A stretch of DNA of 64,000 nt from Pontiella sp. Its GTDB lineage: Bacteria; Verrucomicrobiota; Kiritimatiellia; Kiritimatiellales; Pontiellaceae. Both the position numbers and the translations under genes were made by a program. The notes under the pieces are model-generated. The model worked only from the letters and a program-made list of their open reading frames with translations, did not search any database and was not told the origin of the DNA. The DNA is taken from NCBI GenBank assembly GCA_050290185.1, contig JBNKHE010000011.1, forward strand, positions 35,677 to 99,676, written 5' to 3'. Below, in pieces: positions 53,103 to 61,294 of the stretch (its first letter is position 1; each line of letters starts with the position of its first letter).

Positions 53103-53127
53103 TGGAGGAGCAACGTCCTCGTTGCCC
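53103..53127. repeat. REP-like palindrome
   Basis: TGGAGGAGCAACGTCCTCGTTGCCC is 22/25 identical to the reverse complement of 5930-5954 inside dusB. Confidence 0.65.
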
Positions 53128-53342
53128 GGCTTCGCTTCGAGGGAACCATTTCGTTGAAGTTGAAAAATGAGCCAAGCCGATTATGGACGGCGATGCCTCT
53201 GGTTGCTCTCGTACTCAGTCTCCAAAATACTAAAACAAAACCACCTCGGGTATAGGGCAGACCGCCGGGCTGTCCGTCCTGTTGAGCGGTGTGCGTAAGC
53301 GGATTCCGCATGTGTCGCTTTCAGCGAAAGCGTCCTGGCTTT

Positions 53343-55424
53343 TTAGAGCAATACGCCGTCCGGTGCATCGTCTTCGGTCTTGTCCCACCAGCGGCCCGGC
53401 TCGGTGCCGATATATTTGATGCTCTTGGTGGTCATCCGGTTGCCGCGTGACTTGACCCCTTTGACGGCGATATCCGAGGGCTTGAATTTTTGCTGCTGGA
53501 TGCGCTGGTTCTTGGCGGGGTTGTATTTCACGAAGATCGAGTCCGGCGTTCCGTCGGTCAGCAGCTGCAGTTTCGATTTTTCGCCCTGGCTCATGTAATA
53601 CTCGCGGTTCATGATCGCGCCGCCGATTTTGAAACGTTTCAGGTAGGTGATACGCGCATCGGTGTAGATGCAGGTGTACTGCTTGTCGCGGTCGAAGATT
53701 TCGCAGCGTTCCAGACTGTTGTCGACAAACAGCTTATCCGGTGGCGGCATGACCATGTACTTGCCGTCGGTCCAGACCACCAACAGCTTGTCGAGCGAGG
53801 AGCATTCAAGGATGGTCTCGCCTTTGACGTTGGTGCCGATGAAGCCGTTTTCATCCTGCTTGATCTGCAGTTCGGTGGCCGTCAGTTCTCGGACTTCGAC
53901 CTCCTTGAAACCGGTAGCTTTGGTCAGGCGCGGATAGTCGGCCTTGTATTCCTTGATGAGTTTCTTCAGATAACGGATGGTATAGCCGTTTAACGCGCCC
54001 AGATCCTTTTCGACCTGCTCGAGCTCGGCGAGGATATCCTCAATATCCTTGCGGTTCTTGTTGATATCGAACAGCGAGATGCGCTTGATGCGCACGCCCA
54101 GCAGCATCTCGATATCTTCATCGACAATCTCGCGTTTCAGCTGCTTCTTGAAGGGGTCGAGCCCCTTGTAGATGGCGGCGATGACCGCCTCATAGGTTTT
54201 GCACTGCTCAATGTCCTTGTAGATTCGGTTTTCGACGAAGATCTGCACGAGGGTCTTACTGTGGAAATCGTCGAGCAGCTTGTTCCTCTTGAGGATCAGT
54301 TCTTTTTCGAGGATATCGAGCAGCTGTTTCGTGTTTTCGCGCAGAACTTCGTCGACCGTCATTTCGACCGGTCGGTTGTTGCGCAGGCAGATGAGGCGGC
54401 TAGAAACAGAGCTTTCGCACTTGGTGAAGGCATAGAGGGCTTGGATCGCCTTTTCCTGCGATGCCCCCGGCGAGAGGGTCATTTCGATTTCCACCTTTTC
54501 GGCGGTAAAGTCGTCGATGGCGCGCACCGGCACTTTTTTCTTCTTCACGGCATCTTCGATCGAAGCCATTGCGGCTTCCGTCGTAACTCCATGGGGCAGT
54601 TCGGTGATGACGAGCCGGTTGTTCTTTCGCTCCTCGATGCGGGCGCGGAGTTTTACCTTGCCGTTGCCCTTATTGTATTCCGTAACGTCCATCAAGCCGC
54701 CGGTCTGGAAGTCGGGCAGCAGGTTTAGTTCGGCGGGCGTACGCTTCTTTTCGCGCAGGATTTCGATCTGCGCTTCGAGCAGCTCGATAAAGTTGTGCGG
54801 CATGATACTGGTGGATAGACCGACGGCGATGCCTTCGGCACCGAGCATCAGCATCAGTGGAAGCTTGGAGGGGAGGGTGACGGGTTCCTTGTTGCGGCCG
54901 TCGTAGCTGGGGATCCACTCCGTCAGCTCCTTGTTGAAGATTTCATTGCGTGCGAGAGGCGTCAGCCGGCATTCGATATAACGCGAGGCCGCTGCGCGAT
55001 CGCCGGTGTAGATGTTGCCGAAGTTTCCCTGGCCTTCGATGAGGTAGCGCTTGTTCGTCAGCGTTACGAGCGCATCGGCAATCGAGGCATCACCGTGCGG
55101 ATGGTACTGCATGGTGTGGCCGATAATGTTGGCGACCTTGATGAAGCGCCCGTCGTCCTTTTCCTTCAGCGCATGCAGGATGCGGCGCTGCACCGGCTTG
55201 AGCCCGTCCTCGAGTGCGGGGATGGCGCGGTCGCAGATGACATACGAGGCATATTGCAGGAAGTTGAAATCCACCAGATGCTTCAGCGGGCCATGTTCCC
55301 GGCTCATGGGGTCGAACTCCTTATCCCCCTCTCCAGGCAGCAGCTCCATCGCCTCGGTTTCCTTTTCTTCAACCACCTCGCCGTCAAAAAGTTCCAGTTC
55401 TTCGTCGTGTTTGTTCTTCGTCAT
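53343..55424 (-). CDS. parC: DNA topoisomerase IV subunit A (short GyrA/ParC type)
   Basis: DGLKPVQRRIL, YHPHGDASI, catalytic AASRY and GIAVG motifs. Confidence 0.88.
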   Translation of the reverse strand: MTKNKHDEELELFDGEVVEEKETEAMELLPGEGDKEFDPMSREHGPLKHLVDFNFLQYASYVICDRAIPALEDGLKPVQRRILHALKEKDDGRFIKVANIIGHTMQYHPHGDASIADALVTLTNKRYLIEGQGNFGNIYTGDRAAASRYIECRLTPLARNEIFNKELTEWIPSYDGRNKEPVTLPSKLPLMLMLGAEGIAVGLSTSIMPHNFIELLEAQIEILREKKRTPAELNLLPDFQTGGLMDVTEYNKGNGKVKLRARIEERKNNRLVITELPHGVTTEAAMASIEDAVKKKKVPVRAIDDFTAEKVEIEMTLSPGASQEKAIQALYAFTKCESSVSSRLICLRNNRPVEMTVDEVLRENTKQLLDILEKELILKRNKLLDDFHSKTLVQIFVENRIYKDIEQCKTYEAVIAAIYKGLDPFKKQLKREIVDEDIEMLLGVRIKRISLFDINKNRKDIEDILAELEQVEKDLGALNGYTIRYLKKLIKEYKADYPRLTKATGFKEVEVRELTATELQIKQDENGFIGTNVKGETILECSSLDKLLVVWTDGKYMVMPPPDKLFVDNSLERCEIFDRDKQYTCIYTDARITYLKRFKIGGAIMNREYYMSQGEKSKLQLLTDGTPDSIFVKYNPAKNQRIQQQKFKPSDIAVKGVKSRGNRMTTKSIKYIGTEPGRWWDKTEDDAPDGVLL

Positions 55425-55478
55425 GTTTCAACAACTCTCAAATAATCTGTAGAGCAAGGCCTCTTTTGATGAATGGTT

Positions 55479-55555
55479 CGGCAAAATGATTTCGGACAAG
55501 ATAATTCTACGTGTCCTGGTTTTGAATAATCATTCTGTCCATAATTATTTTGTCG
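55479..55555. repeat. AT-rich palindromic insert (GRCAAAATGATT family) between parE and parC
   Basis: CGGCAAAATGATTTCGGACAAGATAATT is inverted relative to AATCATTCTGTCCATAATTATTTTGTCG. Confidence 0.65.
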
Positions 55556-55563
55556 ATATTCCG

Positions 55564-57387
55564 TTAAAGCATCTCCAGGTCGACGACCAGATGGTTCATG
55601 ATGTGTTCGCGGCGACGGGGCGTGTTCTTGCCCATGTAGAAGGAGAGGATTTCCGACACGGAATGGTCGCCTTCCACGCTTACATCGGTTAGCCGTGTGC
55701 CGTCCTTGCTGATGAAATCTTTGAATTCCTTGGGCGAGATTTCCCCCAGACCTTTGAATCGGGTGATCTCCGCACCGCGGCCAATCTTATCGAGTGCCTT
55801 TACTCGCTCCTCCTCGGAGTAGCAGTAGATCGTTTCCTTCTTGTTGCGCACGCGGAAGAGCGGCGTTTCAAGGATCTTCAGGTGGCCGCGTTTCACGAGC
55901 GGCTCGAAGAAGCGCAGGAAGAAGGTGATCATCAGGTTGCGGATGTGCAGTCCGTCGACGTCGGCGTCGGTGGCGAGGATGACGTGGTTGTAGCGGAGCC
56001 GGTCGGTGGTTTCCTCGATGTCGAGGGCGCGCATCAGGTTGTAGATCTCGACGTTCTTGTAGAGGGCGTCGCGCTTGAGATCGCAGACGTTGAGCGGCTT
56101 GCCCTTAAGCGTGAAGATCGCCTGGTTGTTGGCGTCGCGGCAACTGACCAGCGAGCCGGCGGCGGACTGGCCCTCGGTGATGAAGATCTGTGTTTCGAGG
56201 TGTTTGTTTTTTTCGCTGCTGAAATGGTTTTTGCAGTCCTTGAGCTGCGGGATGCGGATGGATACCGACTTGGAACGTTCGCGCGCCAGCTTCTTGACGG
56301 TGTTCAGTTCCTTGCGCAGTTTCTGGGTCTCCTCGATCTTGGAGATCAGCTTCTTGGCTTCGACCGGTTCGCGGTGCAGCGATTCGGCCACCGCCTGCGA
56401 AACCTTCGCCACAAGATCGGAGCGGATCTCCGTATTCCCGAGCTTATTCTTGGTCTGGCTCTCGAAGATCGGTTCCTTGAGGCGGACCGCGACAGCGCCC
56501 AGCACACCTTCGCGAACGTCGTCGCCATCGAATTTCTTGGAGGCGTAGTCGTTGATGCCGCGCAGCAACCCTTCGCGGAAGGCGGAGAGGTGGGTGCCTC
56601 CGTCGGAGGTGTACTGGCCGTTTACGAACGAATAGTATTCCTCCGAAAAGCGATTCGTATGTGTGAAGGCAAACTCCAGTGTCTGGTCGCTGTACTGGAA
56701 CGGCACATAGATTTTTTCGTATTGGCTTTCATCGCGGATCAGGTCGAGCAGGCCGCCCTTGCAATGGTACAGCTCGCCGTTGAACCAGATCTTCAGCCTG
56801 GCGTTGAGATAGGCATAGAAGCGTAGCCGCCGGGCCAGATGGTCCTCGTTGAACGCGAATTTCTTGAAGATATCCGGGTCGGGGCAGAAGGCGACGAAGG
56901 TGCCGTTGGCTTCATCGGTCTTTCCCTTCTCCTCGCGTACCAGGTTGCCGGTTTCGAATTCGGCTTCCACGAATTCCCCATCGCGATGGCTGCGGACGAG
57001 GAAGTAGGAGGAGAGGGCGTTGACGGCCTTTGTACCGACTCCGTTGAGGCCGACGCTGAACTGGAAGACATCGTCGTTGTACTTCGCGCCGGTGTTGATC
57101 TTGGAAACGCAGTCGACGACCTTGCCCAGCGGAATGCCGCGGCCATAGTCGCGGATCGTGACCATGTCGTCCTCGATCGTCACGTCGATCCGGTCGCCGT
57201 GCCCCATGATGAACTCGTCGATGCCGTTGTCGATGACCTCTTTGACGAGGATATAGATACCGTCGTCGTAGTGGGCACCGCTGCCGGTGCGTCCGATATA
57301 CATGCCCGTGCGCAGGCGGATGTGCTCGAGCGAGGAGAGCGTCTTGATCTTGTCTTCGGTGTATTCGTGTTTCTTCTTTGCGGCCAT
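55564..57387 (-). CDS. parE: DNA topoisomerase IV subunit B
   Basis: HIRLRTGMYIG, EVIDNGIDE, GLNGVG, EGQSA, TDADVDGLHI and RFKGLGE motifs. Confidence 0.9.
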   Translation of the reverse strand: MAAKKKHEYTEDKIKTLSSLEHIRLRTGMYIGRTGSGAHYDDGIYILVKEVIDNGIDEFIMGHGDRIDVTIEDDMVTIRDYGRGIPLGKVVDCVSKINTGAKYNDDVFQFSVGLNGVGTKAVNALSSYFLVRSHRDGEFVEAEFETGNLVREEKGKTDEANGTFVAFCPDPDIFKKFAFNEDHLARRLRFYAYLNARLKIWFNGELYHCKGGLLDLIRDESQYEKIYVPFQYSDQTLEFAFTHTNRFSEEYYSFVNGQYTSDGGTHLSAFREGLLRGINDYASKKFDGDDVREGVLGAVAVRLKEPIFESQTKNKLGNTEIRSDLVAKVSQAVAESLHREPVEAKKLISKIEETQKLRKELNTVKKLARERSKSVSIRIPQLKDCKNHFSSEKNKHLETQIFITEGQSAAGSLVSCRDANNQAIFTLKGKPLNVCDLKRDALYKNVEIYNLMRALDIEETTDRLRYNHVILATDADVDGLHIRNLMITFFLRFFEPLVKRGHLKILETPLFRVRNKKETIYCYSEEERVKALDKIGRGAEITRFKGLGEISPKEFKDFISKDGTRLTDVSVEGDHSVSEILSFYMGKNTPRRREHIMNHLVVDLEML

Positions 57388-57407
57388 TTGCCTAAATTCC
57401 TCTAAAA

Positions 57408-57454
57408 CCACAAGATATGGATGTGGATTGCCTTTAAACCACAAAATCTAGCAA
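57408..57454. promoter_or_regulatory. Tandem NrdR-box-like sites upstream of parE
   Basis: CCACAAGATATGGATG and CCACAAAATCTAGCAA, with starts 31 bp apart. Confidence 0.55.
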
Positions 57455-57614
57455 TTTGCTGGGAGGGCTTCAAGTGGTTCACCTATTTTTCGGTGGGATT
57501 GATCATTTAATCCCCTAAACAGGCGGGATTTCTTTACTTTGATCCCGACCCACTTATCATTGACTCTGGAAAAACCGACTATTGGGATTTTTAAGTGCAA
57601 GGGACCGGGTGAAC

Positions 57615-58349
57615 ATGGGCCGTAAAAAGAAAAACAGGAAATGGCTGAAGTGGCGGACGGCACTGATTTTTCTATTGCTGGTGTGGTTTGTGTTCGAAGG
57701 GCGATTCTATTTGCCCAAGCATATACGACCTCCCAAAGGAATTCAGCCGGTCGAGGTGATGATGCAGACCACGTCCTATTGCCATTGCCGAAAATGCTGT
57801 AGTTATCATTGGTTCCTGTTCGTTCCCTACCAGAAGATCGGTTTCATGAAATTTCGGCTCAAACATGTGGGGGAAACCTCATCCGGAGCCATCGTGCGGC
57901 CCGGAACCATCGCCGCCGACACCTCCATCTACCCCTACGGGACGGTCATGTACATCCCCGGCTACGGCTATGGACGCGTCGAAGATACCGGCGGCGCCAT
58001 CAAGGGCCGGCATATTGATCTGTATCGCCCAAACCACTTGTTTGCCCGGAAATGGGGGGTGCGCACAAAAAAAGTGAAAGTATGGCTGCCTGCCAACAGC
58101 CAGACCTGGTCCTTTAATCCTGCAAGCGAAACGGATCTTTCCACCCGTCTGCCATCTGTACCACCCCATTGTGACGAGACCCGGCCCGTACAGGAGTCTT
58201 CAACAACGAATGAATTATTGCTTCCTGTCGAGCCGGTAAAAACCAATGAATCTATTCCAAATCTGGACGCGATCGCGACCAATGGGGAGCCGCGGTTGGA
58301 GGACGGATCGGCGACAAACGAATCCCCGCTACAAATCCCCTTGCCATGA
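57615..58349 (+). CDS. 3D-domain (MltA-like) cell-wall protein
   Basis: TM anchor, 'TTSYCHCRKCC' and 'GTIAADTSIYPYGT...VEDTGGAIKGRHIDLY'. Confidence 0.85.
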   Translation: MGRKKKNRKWLKWRTALIFLLLVWFVFEGRFYLPKHIRPPKGIQPVEVMMQTTSYCHCRKCCSYHWFLFVPYQKIGFMKFRLKHVGETSSGAIVRPGTIAADTSIYPYGTVMYIPGYGYGRVEDTGGAIKGRHIDLYRPNHLFARKWGVRTKKVKVWLPANSQTWSFNPASETDLSTRLPSVPPHCDETRPVQESSTTNELLLPVEPVKTNESIPNLDAIATNGEPRLEDGSATNESPLQIPLP

Positions 58350-58392
58350 TGAGCCGGATTCATGTATTGCTACCGACCACTTTTAACCAAGC

Positions 58393-58469
58393 GGGCTCGT
58401 AGCTCAGTCGGTCAGAGCAGGAGACTCATAATCTCTTGGTCGGGGGTTCAAGTCCCTCCGAGCCCACCA
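58393..58469 (+). tRNA. tRNA with CAU anticodon, most likely tRNA-Ile2 (lysidine)
   Basis: GGGCTCG-TAGCTCAGTCGGTCAGAGCA-GGAGA-CTCATAA-TCTCT-TGGTC-GGGGGTTCAAGTCCCTC-CGAGCCC-ACCA; G1-C72 is paired and there is no GGG:CCC anticodon stem, so it is not fMet. Confidence 0.9.
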
Positions 58470-58583
58470 CCTTTTTTCCCTTTAAAAATCGCATTTTAAC
58501 CAATAAATACAGGGGTATTATGCGTTTTTTGTGTAGGATTTCGCTGGTATCGTCGTGTATGTCCACCATCTGTACAACCTCGG

Positions 58584-58608
58584 AATAACCCCACAATAAC
58601 CCCACAAT
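58584..58608. repeat. Direct repeat, candidate integrase arm-type sites
   Basis: AATAACCCCAC twice plus AAT, about 115 bp from the tRNA 3' end. Confidence 0.6.
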
Positions 58609-58779
58609 GGATTAGGATAGTCCCACGCTGAACTGTGGAGCATGTCATGCGCTCTTTCTTCACGGGTGAAAAACTATGCGAGCGGTGGAATCGTTGAGGG
58701 GAAGGATGCTGACCGGAGCATCGGGCAGGCTGGCCCTTGGCTTTCTGTGAGGTTCGCTTGCTGGTTGGTTCTTGCAGCG

Positions 58780-58916
58780 AGGAGGATTCCGCGTGACAGG
58801 TTCCTGTGATGGGATCGCGTCGCGGTCCTCAGGGTGACGCCAGCAGCGCGAGGCCCCCCGGCCCCCCTTTGGGTCCCATCCGCCATAGGGTGGGGTGAGT
58901 GGATCGTTCCTCTCAG
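58780..58916. repeat. Conserved 137-bp GC-rich element, copy 1
   Basis: Direct repeat of 60956-61098. Confidence 0.95.
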
Positions 58917-59006
58917 GATTCCTGTGTGCACGTTCACTGGATTGCTCGCGCAAGACTGTGATATATGTGCCTGTAGGAATCCTCGTAGATCGTGGGGATG
59001 ATCCTT

Positions 59007-59081
59007 ATATGTATAAAAAAATCGATTTTTTATACACATTGTCCCCTACATGTATATATTTCGGCTATAAATTAAACATGT
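59007..59081. promoter_or_regulatory. Tandem palindromic operators upstream of fic
   Basis: ATGTATA-N15-TATACAC and ACATGTATA-N16-TAAACATGT. Confidence 0.6.
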
Positions 59082-59101
59082 GCTGTAACTGATGAGGTCC
59101 C

Positions 59102-60181
59102 ATGGCATTTAAACTTAAACCTTTACCTCCCTCCTGCGAACTGGAAAGCAAGGCTGTGCTCAAGCAGGCTCTTGCGGCGAACCGTTGCCTGGCCGAATTG
59201 AAAGGGCTGTCTCCCTCGATCCCGAATCAGGGGATTCTGATCAATACCTTGGCCATGCAGGAAGCCAAGGACAGCTCCGCCATTGAAAACATCATTACAA
59301 CGCAGGATGATCTCTTCAAGGAAACCGCATTTCCGGAGTTTGCGCAAAATGCCGCAGCCAAGGAGGTGGCCAACTATGTATCCGCACTCCGTGTTGGGTA
59401 TCAGCGGGTTCGTGAAACCGAAATGCTGACCGCCAACCACCTGATTGAAATTCAGACAGAACTGGAACGCAACCGGGCGGGTTTTCGCAGGCTTCCGGGA
59501 ACCGAATTGAAGAACCTTGAGACCGGGGAAGTGATCTATACCCCGCCTCAGGATTCGGCTGAAATCATAGAGCTCATCAGCAACCTGGAACGTTTCATCA
59601 ACGACAATGACTATTTCAATGCCGATCCGCTGGTTAAGATGGCGATTCTGCACTACCAGTTTGAAAGCATCCACCCGTTCTATGACGGCAATGGTCGAAC
59701 GGGCCGTATCATCAACGTGCTATATCTGGTTTTGCAGGGATTGCTTGATATTCCCGTGCTGTATCTGAGCCACTATATCATCAGGACCAAGTCCGATTAT
59801 TATCGCCTGTTGCAGGACGTGCGCGAAAACGAAGCCTGGGAGGAATGGATTCTGTATATGCTGACTGCGGTAGAAAAAACCTCCATGTCAACCATCCGGC
59901 TGGTTAATGGCATCCGCGAGGCCATGCAGGACTACAAACACCGCATTCGGAGGGATTTCAAGTTCTACAGTCAGGACCTGGTCAATAACCTCTTTTTCCA
60001 TCCGTATACGAAAATCGGGTTTGTGGAAAAGGATCTGAAAGTCACTCGGCTGACGGCCACCAAGTATCTGGATACCCTCGCAGACGCCGGATTCCTCCGA
60101 AAGGAAAAGCTGGGTCGGTCCAACTATTTTATCAACCTCGCCCTCTACAACCTACTCAGTAAGGAAGAACAGAGTGATTGA
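59102..60181 (+). CDS. Fic family adenylyltransferase with C-terminal winged HTH
   Basis: Active site HPFYDGNGRTGR, N-terminal inhibitory motif SSAIEN, C-terminal 'VTRLTATKYLDTLADAGFL'. Confidence 0.93.
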   Translation: MAFKLKPLPPSCELESKAVLKQALAANRCLAELKGLSPSIPNQGILINTLAMQEAKDSSAIENIITTQDDLFKETAFPEFAQNAAAKEVANYVSALRVGYQRVRETEMLTANHLIEIQTELERNRAGFRRLPGTELKNLETGEVIYTPPQDSAEIIELISNLERFINDNDYFNADPLVKMAILHYQFESIHPFYDGNGRTGRIINVLYLVLQGLLDIPVLYLSHYIIRTKSDYYRLLQDVRENEAWEEWILYMLTAVEKTSMSTIRLVNGIREAMQDYKHRIRRDFKFYSQDLVNNLFFHPYTKIGFVEKDLKVTRLTATKYLDTLADAGFLRKEKLGRSNYFINLALYNLLSKEEQSD

Positions 60182-60189
60182 TGGGGTAT

Positions 60190-60699
60190 AGGAGCACGGG
60201 GCGGCTTGCCGTACGGCGTGACCGAAGCCGACTTTTTTGGCGGCTGCTCCGTTCCGCGCAACAAGGAGATCATGCGCGTTTTCCGCGATTTGGAAATTGT
60301 CGAGCACCTCGGTTCCGGTGTGCCCATATCCTGAAAGCCTATGGCCGGGATGCATTCGAAATCGGGGACAGTTATGTCCGCATCGTTTTCCGCTTTAAAA
60401 CGGTTTCGTCGGGCGAAAGTTCACCGAAAACGTCGGAGAAAACGGATGGTGCAATCGGTGGTGCAATCGGTGGTGCAGTCGGGTTGACAGACCGGCAGAA
60501 TCAGATTGTTCAGCTGATTGCAAGGGATTCAAAGATGACCTATAGGCAAATCGCTCAGGTTTTGAAGATTAATGATTCTGCCGTCATTAAGCACATCAAG
60601 GCGTTGCGCGAAAAAGGCGTTCTTAGGCGTGTAGGCGGAACCCGCGGACACTGGGAAGTCCTCGATACCGACAACGATCAACCATCAACCAACAACTGA
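60190..60699 (+). pseudogene. Remnant of an ATP-binding transcriptional regulator (HATPase_c_4/RecG-C-like plus HTH)
   Basis: One frame reads GLPYGVTEADFFGGCSVPRNKEIMRVFRDLEIVEHLGSGVP, then frameshifts near 60325 into HILKAYG...HTH...RVGGTRGHWEV; the N-terminus is missing. Confidence 0.75.
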
Positions 60700-60756
60700 T
60701 TCTATGAACCTGTCGCAATAACACCCGAAGTTCACATAGCTTTTGGTGATGTTGGC

Positions 60757-60927
60757 TCATGCCTCCTCATAGGGTTCCCCGCGTGCAAAAGCCTCTATCT
60801 CGGCCTGATCGTACCGAACCTTCCTTTGCGAAAAGTGGTATTGCTTGAAATTCCCTCTTTTCGCGTACCGCGATACTGACTTGGGGTGAACTTGCAGGAT
60901 TTCGGCGGCCTGCTTGATGGTAATCAT
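60757..60927 (-). CDS. Excisionase/AlpA-like small HTH protein
   Basis: MITIKQAAEILQVHPKSVSRYAKRG...KVRYDQAEIEAF, 56 aa. Confidence 0.8.
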   Translation of the reverse strand: MITIKQAAEILQVHPKSVSRYAKRGNFKQYHFSQRKVRYDQAEIEAFARGEPYEEA

Positions 60928-60955
60928 CCGCCTTTTAGGCTTCGGGTTGCGGTCA

Positions 60956-61098
60956 AGGAGGATTCCGCGTGACAGGTTCCTGTGATGGGATCGCGTCGCG
61001 GTCCTCAGGGTGACGCCAGCAGCGCGAGGCCCCCCGGCCCCCCCCCCCCTTTGGGTCCCATCCGCGATGGGGTAGGGTGAGTGGATCGTTCCTCTCAG
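60956..61098. repeat. Conserved GC-rich element, copy 2 (143 bp)
   Basis: Identical to copy 1 except for a C12 versus C6 tract and 3 substitutions. Confidence 0.95.
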
Positions 61099-61294
61099 TA
61101 GTCTCACGTACGCATGTTGGGTATTTTCCAAACCTCATCAGCCTGTCGAATCATCCAATTCGTTCGCTGCATCTTTCAAGGGTTCATCCTTGTTGATGTT
61201 CCCTGCTGTATATATTCTTTCATACCGTCTAATGCCGGGTGGCATGGGCGGTTGGTCCATGCCCAGCAGGAAGTTTTTTAAGGGTGGTTAGTTT

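Noticed and set aside
58381..58503. TTTTAACCAA on both sides of the tRNA
   Set aside because: This 10-bp AT-rich match does not fit att geometry and is plausibly chance.
58660..59039. ORFs 58660-58953 and 58674-59039, and the upstream extension of 60757-61131
   Set aside because: They only read through the duplicated element, lack credible starts and have no protein features; the xis-like domain begins at 60927.
59089..59110. CTGATGAG hammerhead-like core before fic
   Set aside because: No stem II followed by GAAA and no cleavage-site stems were found; it is more likely the fic RBS region.
60445..60483. 12-bp tandem repeat GGTGCAATCGGT
   Set aside because: It encodes the low-complexity GGAI linker usual before the HTH in this protein type, so it is not a separate element.
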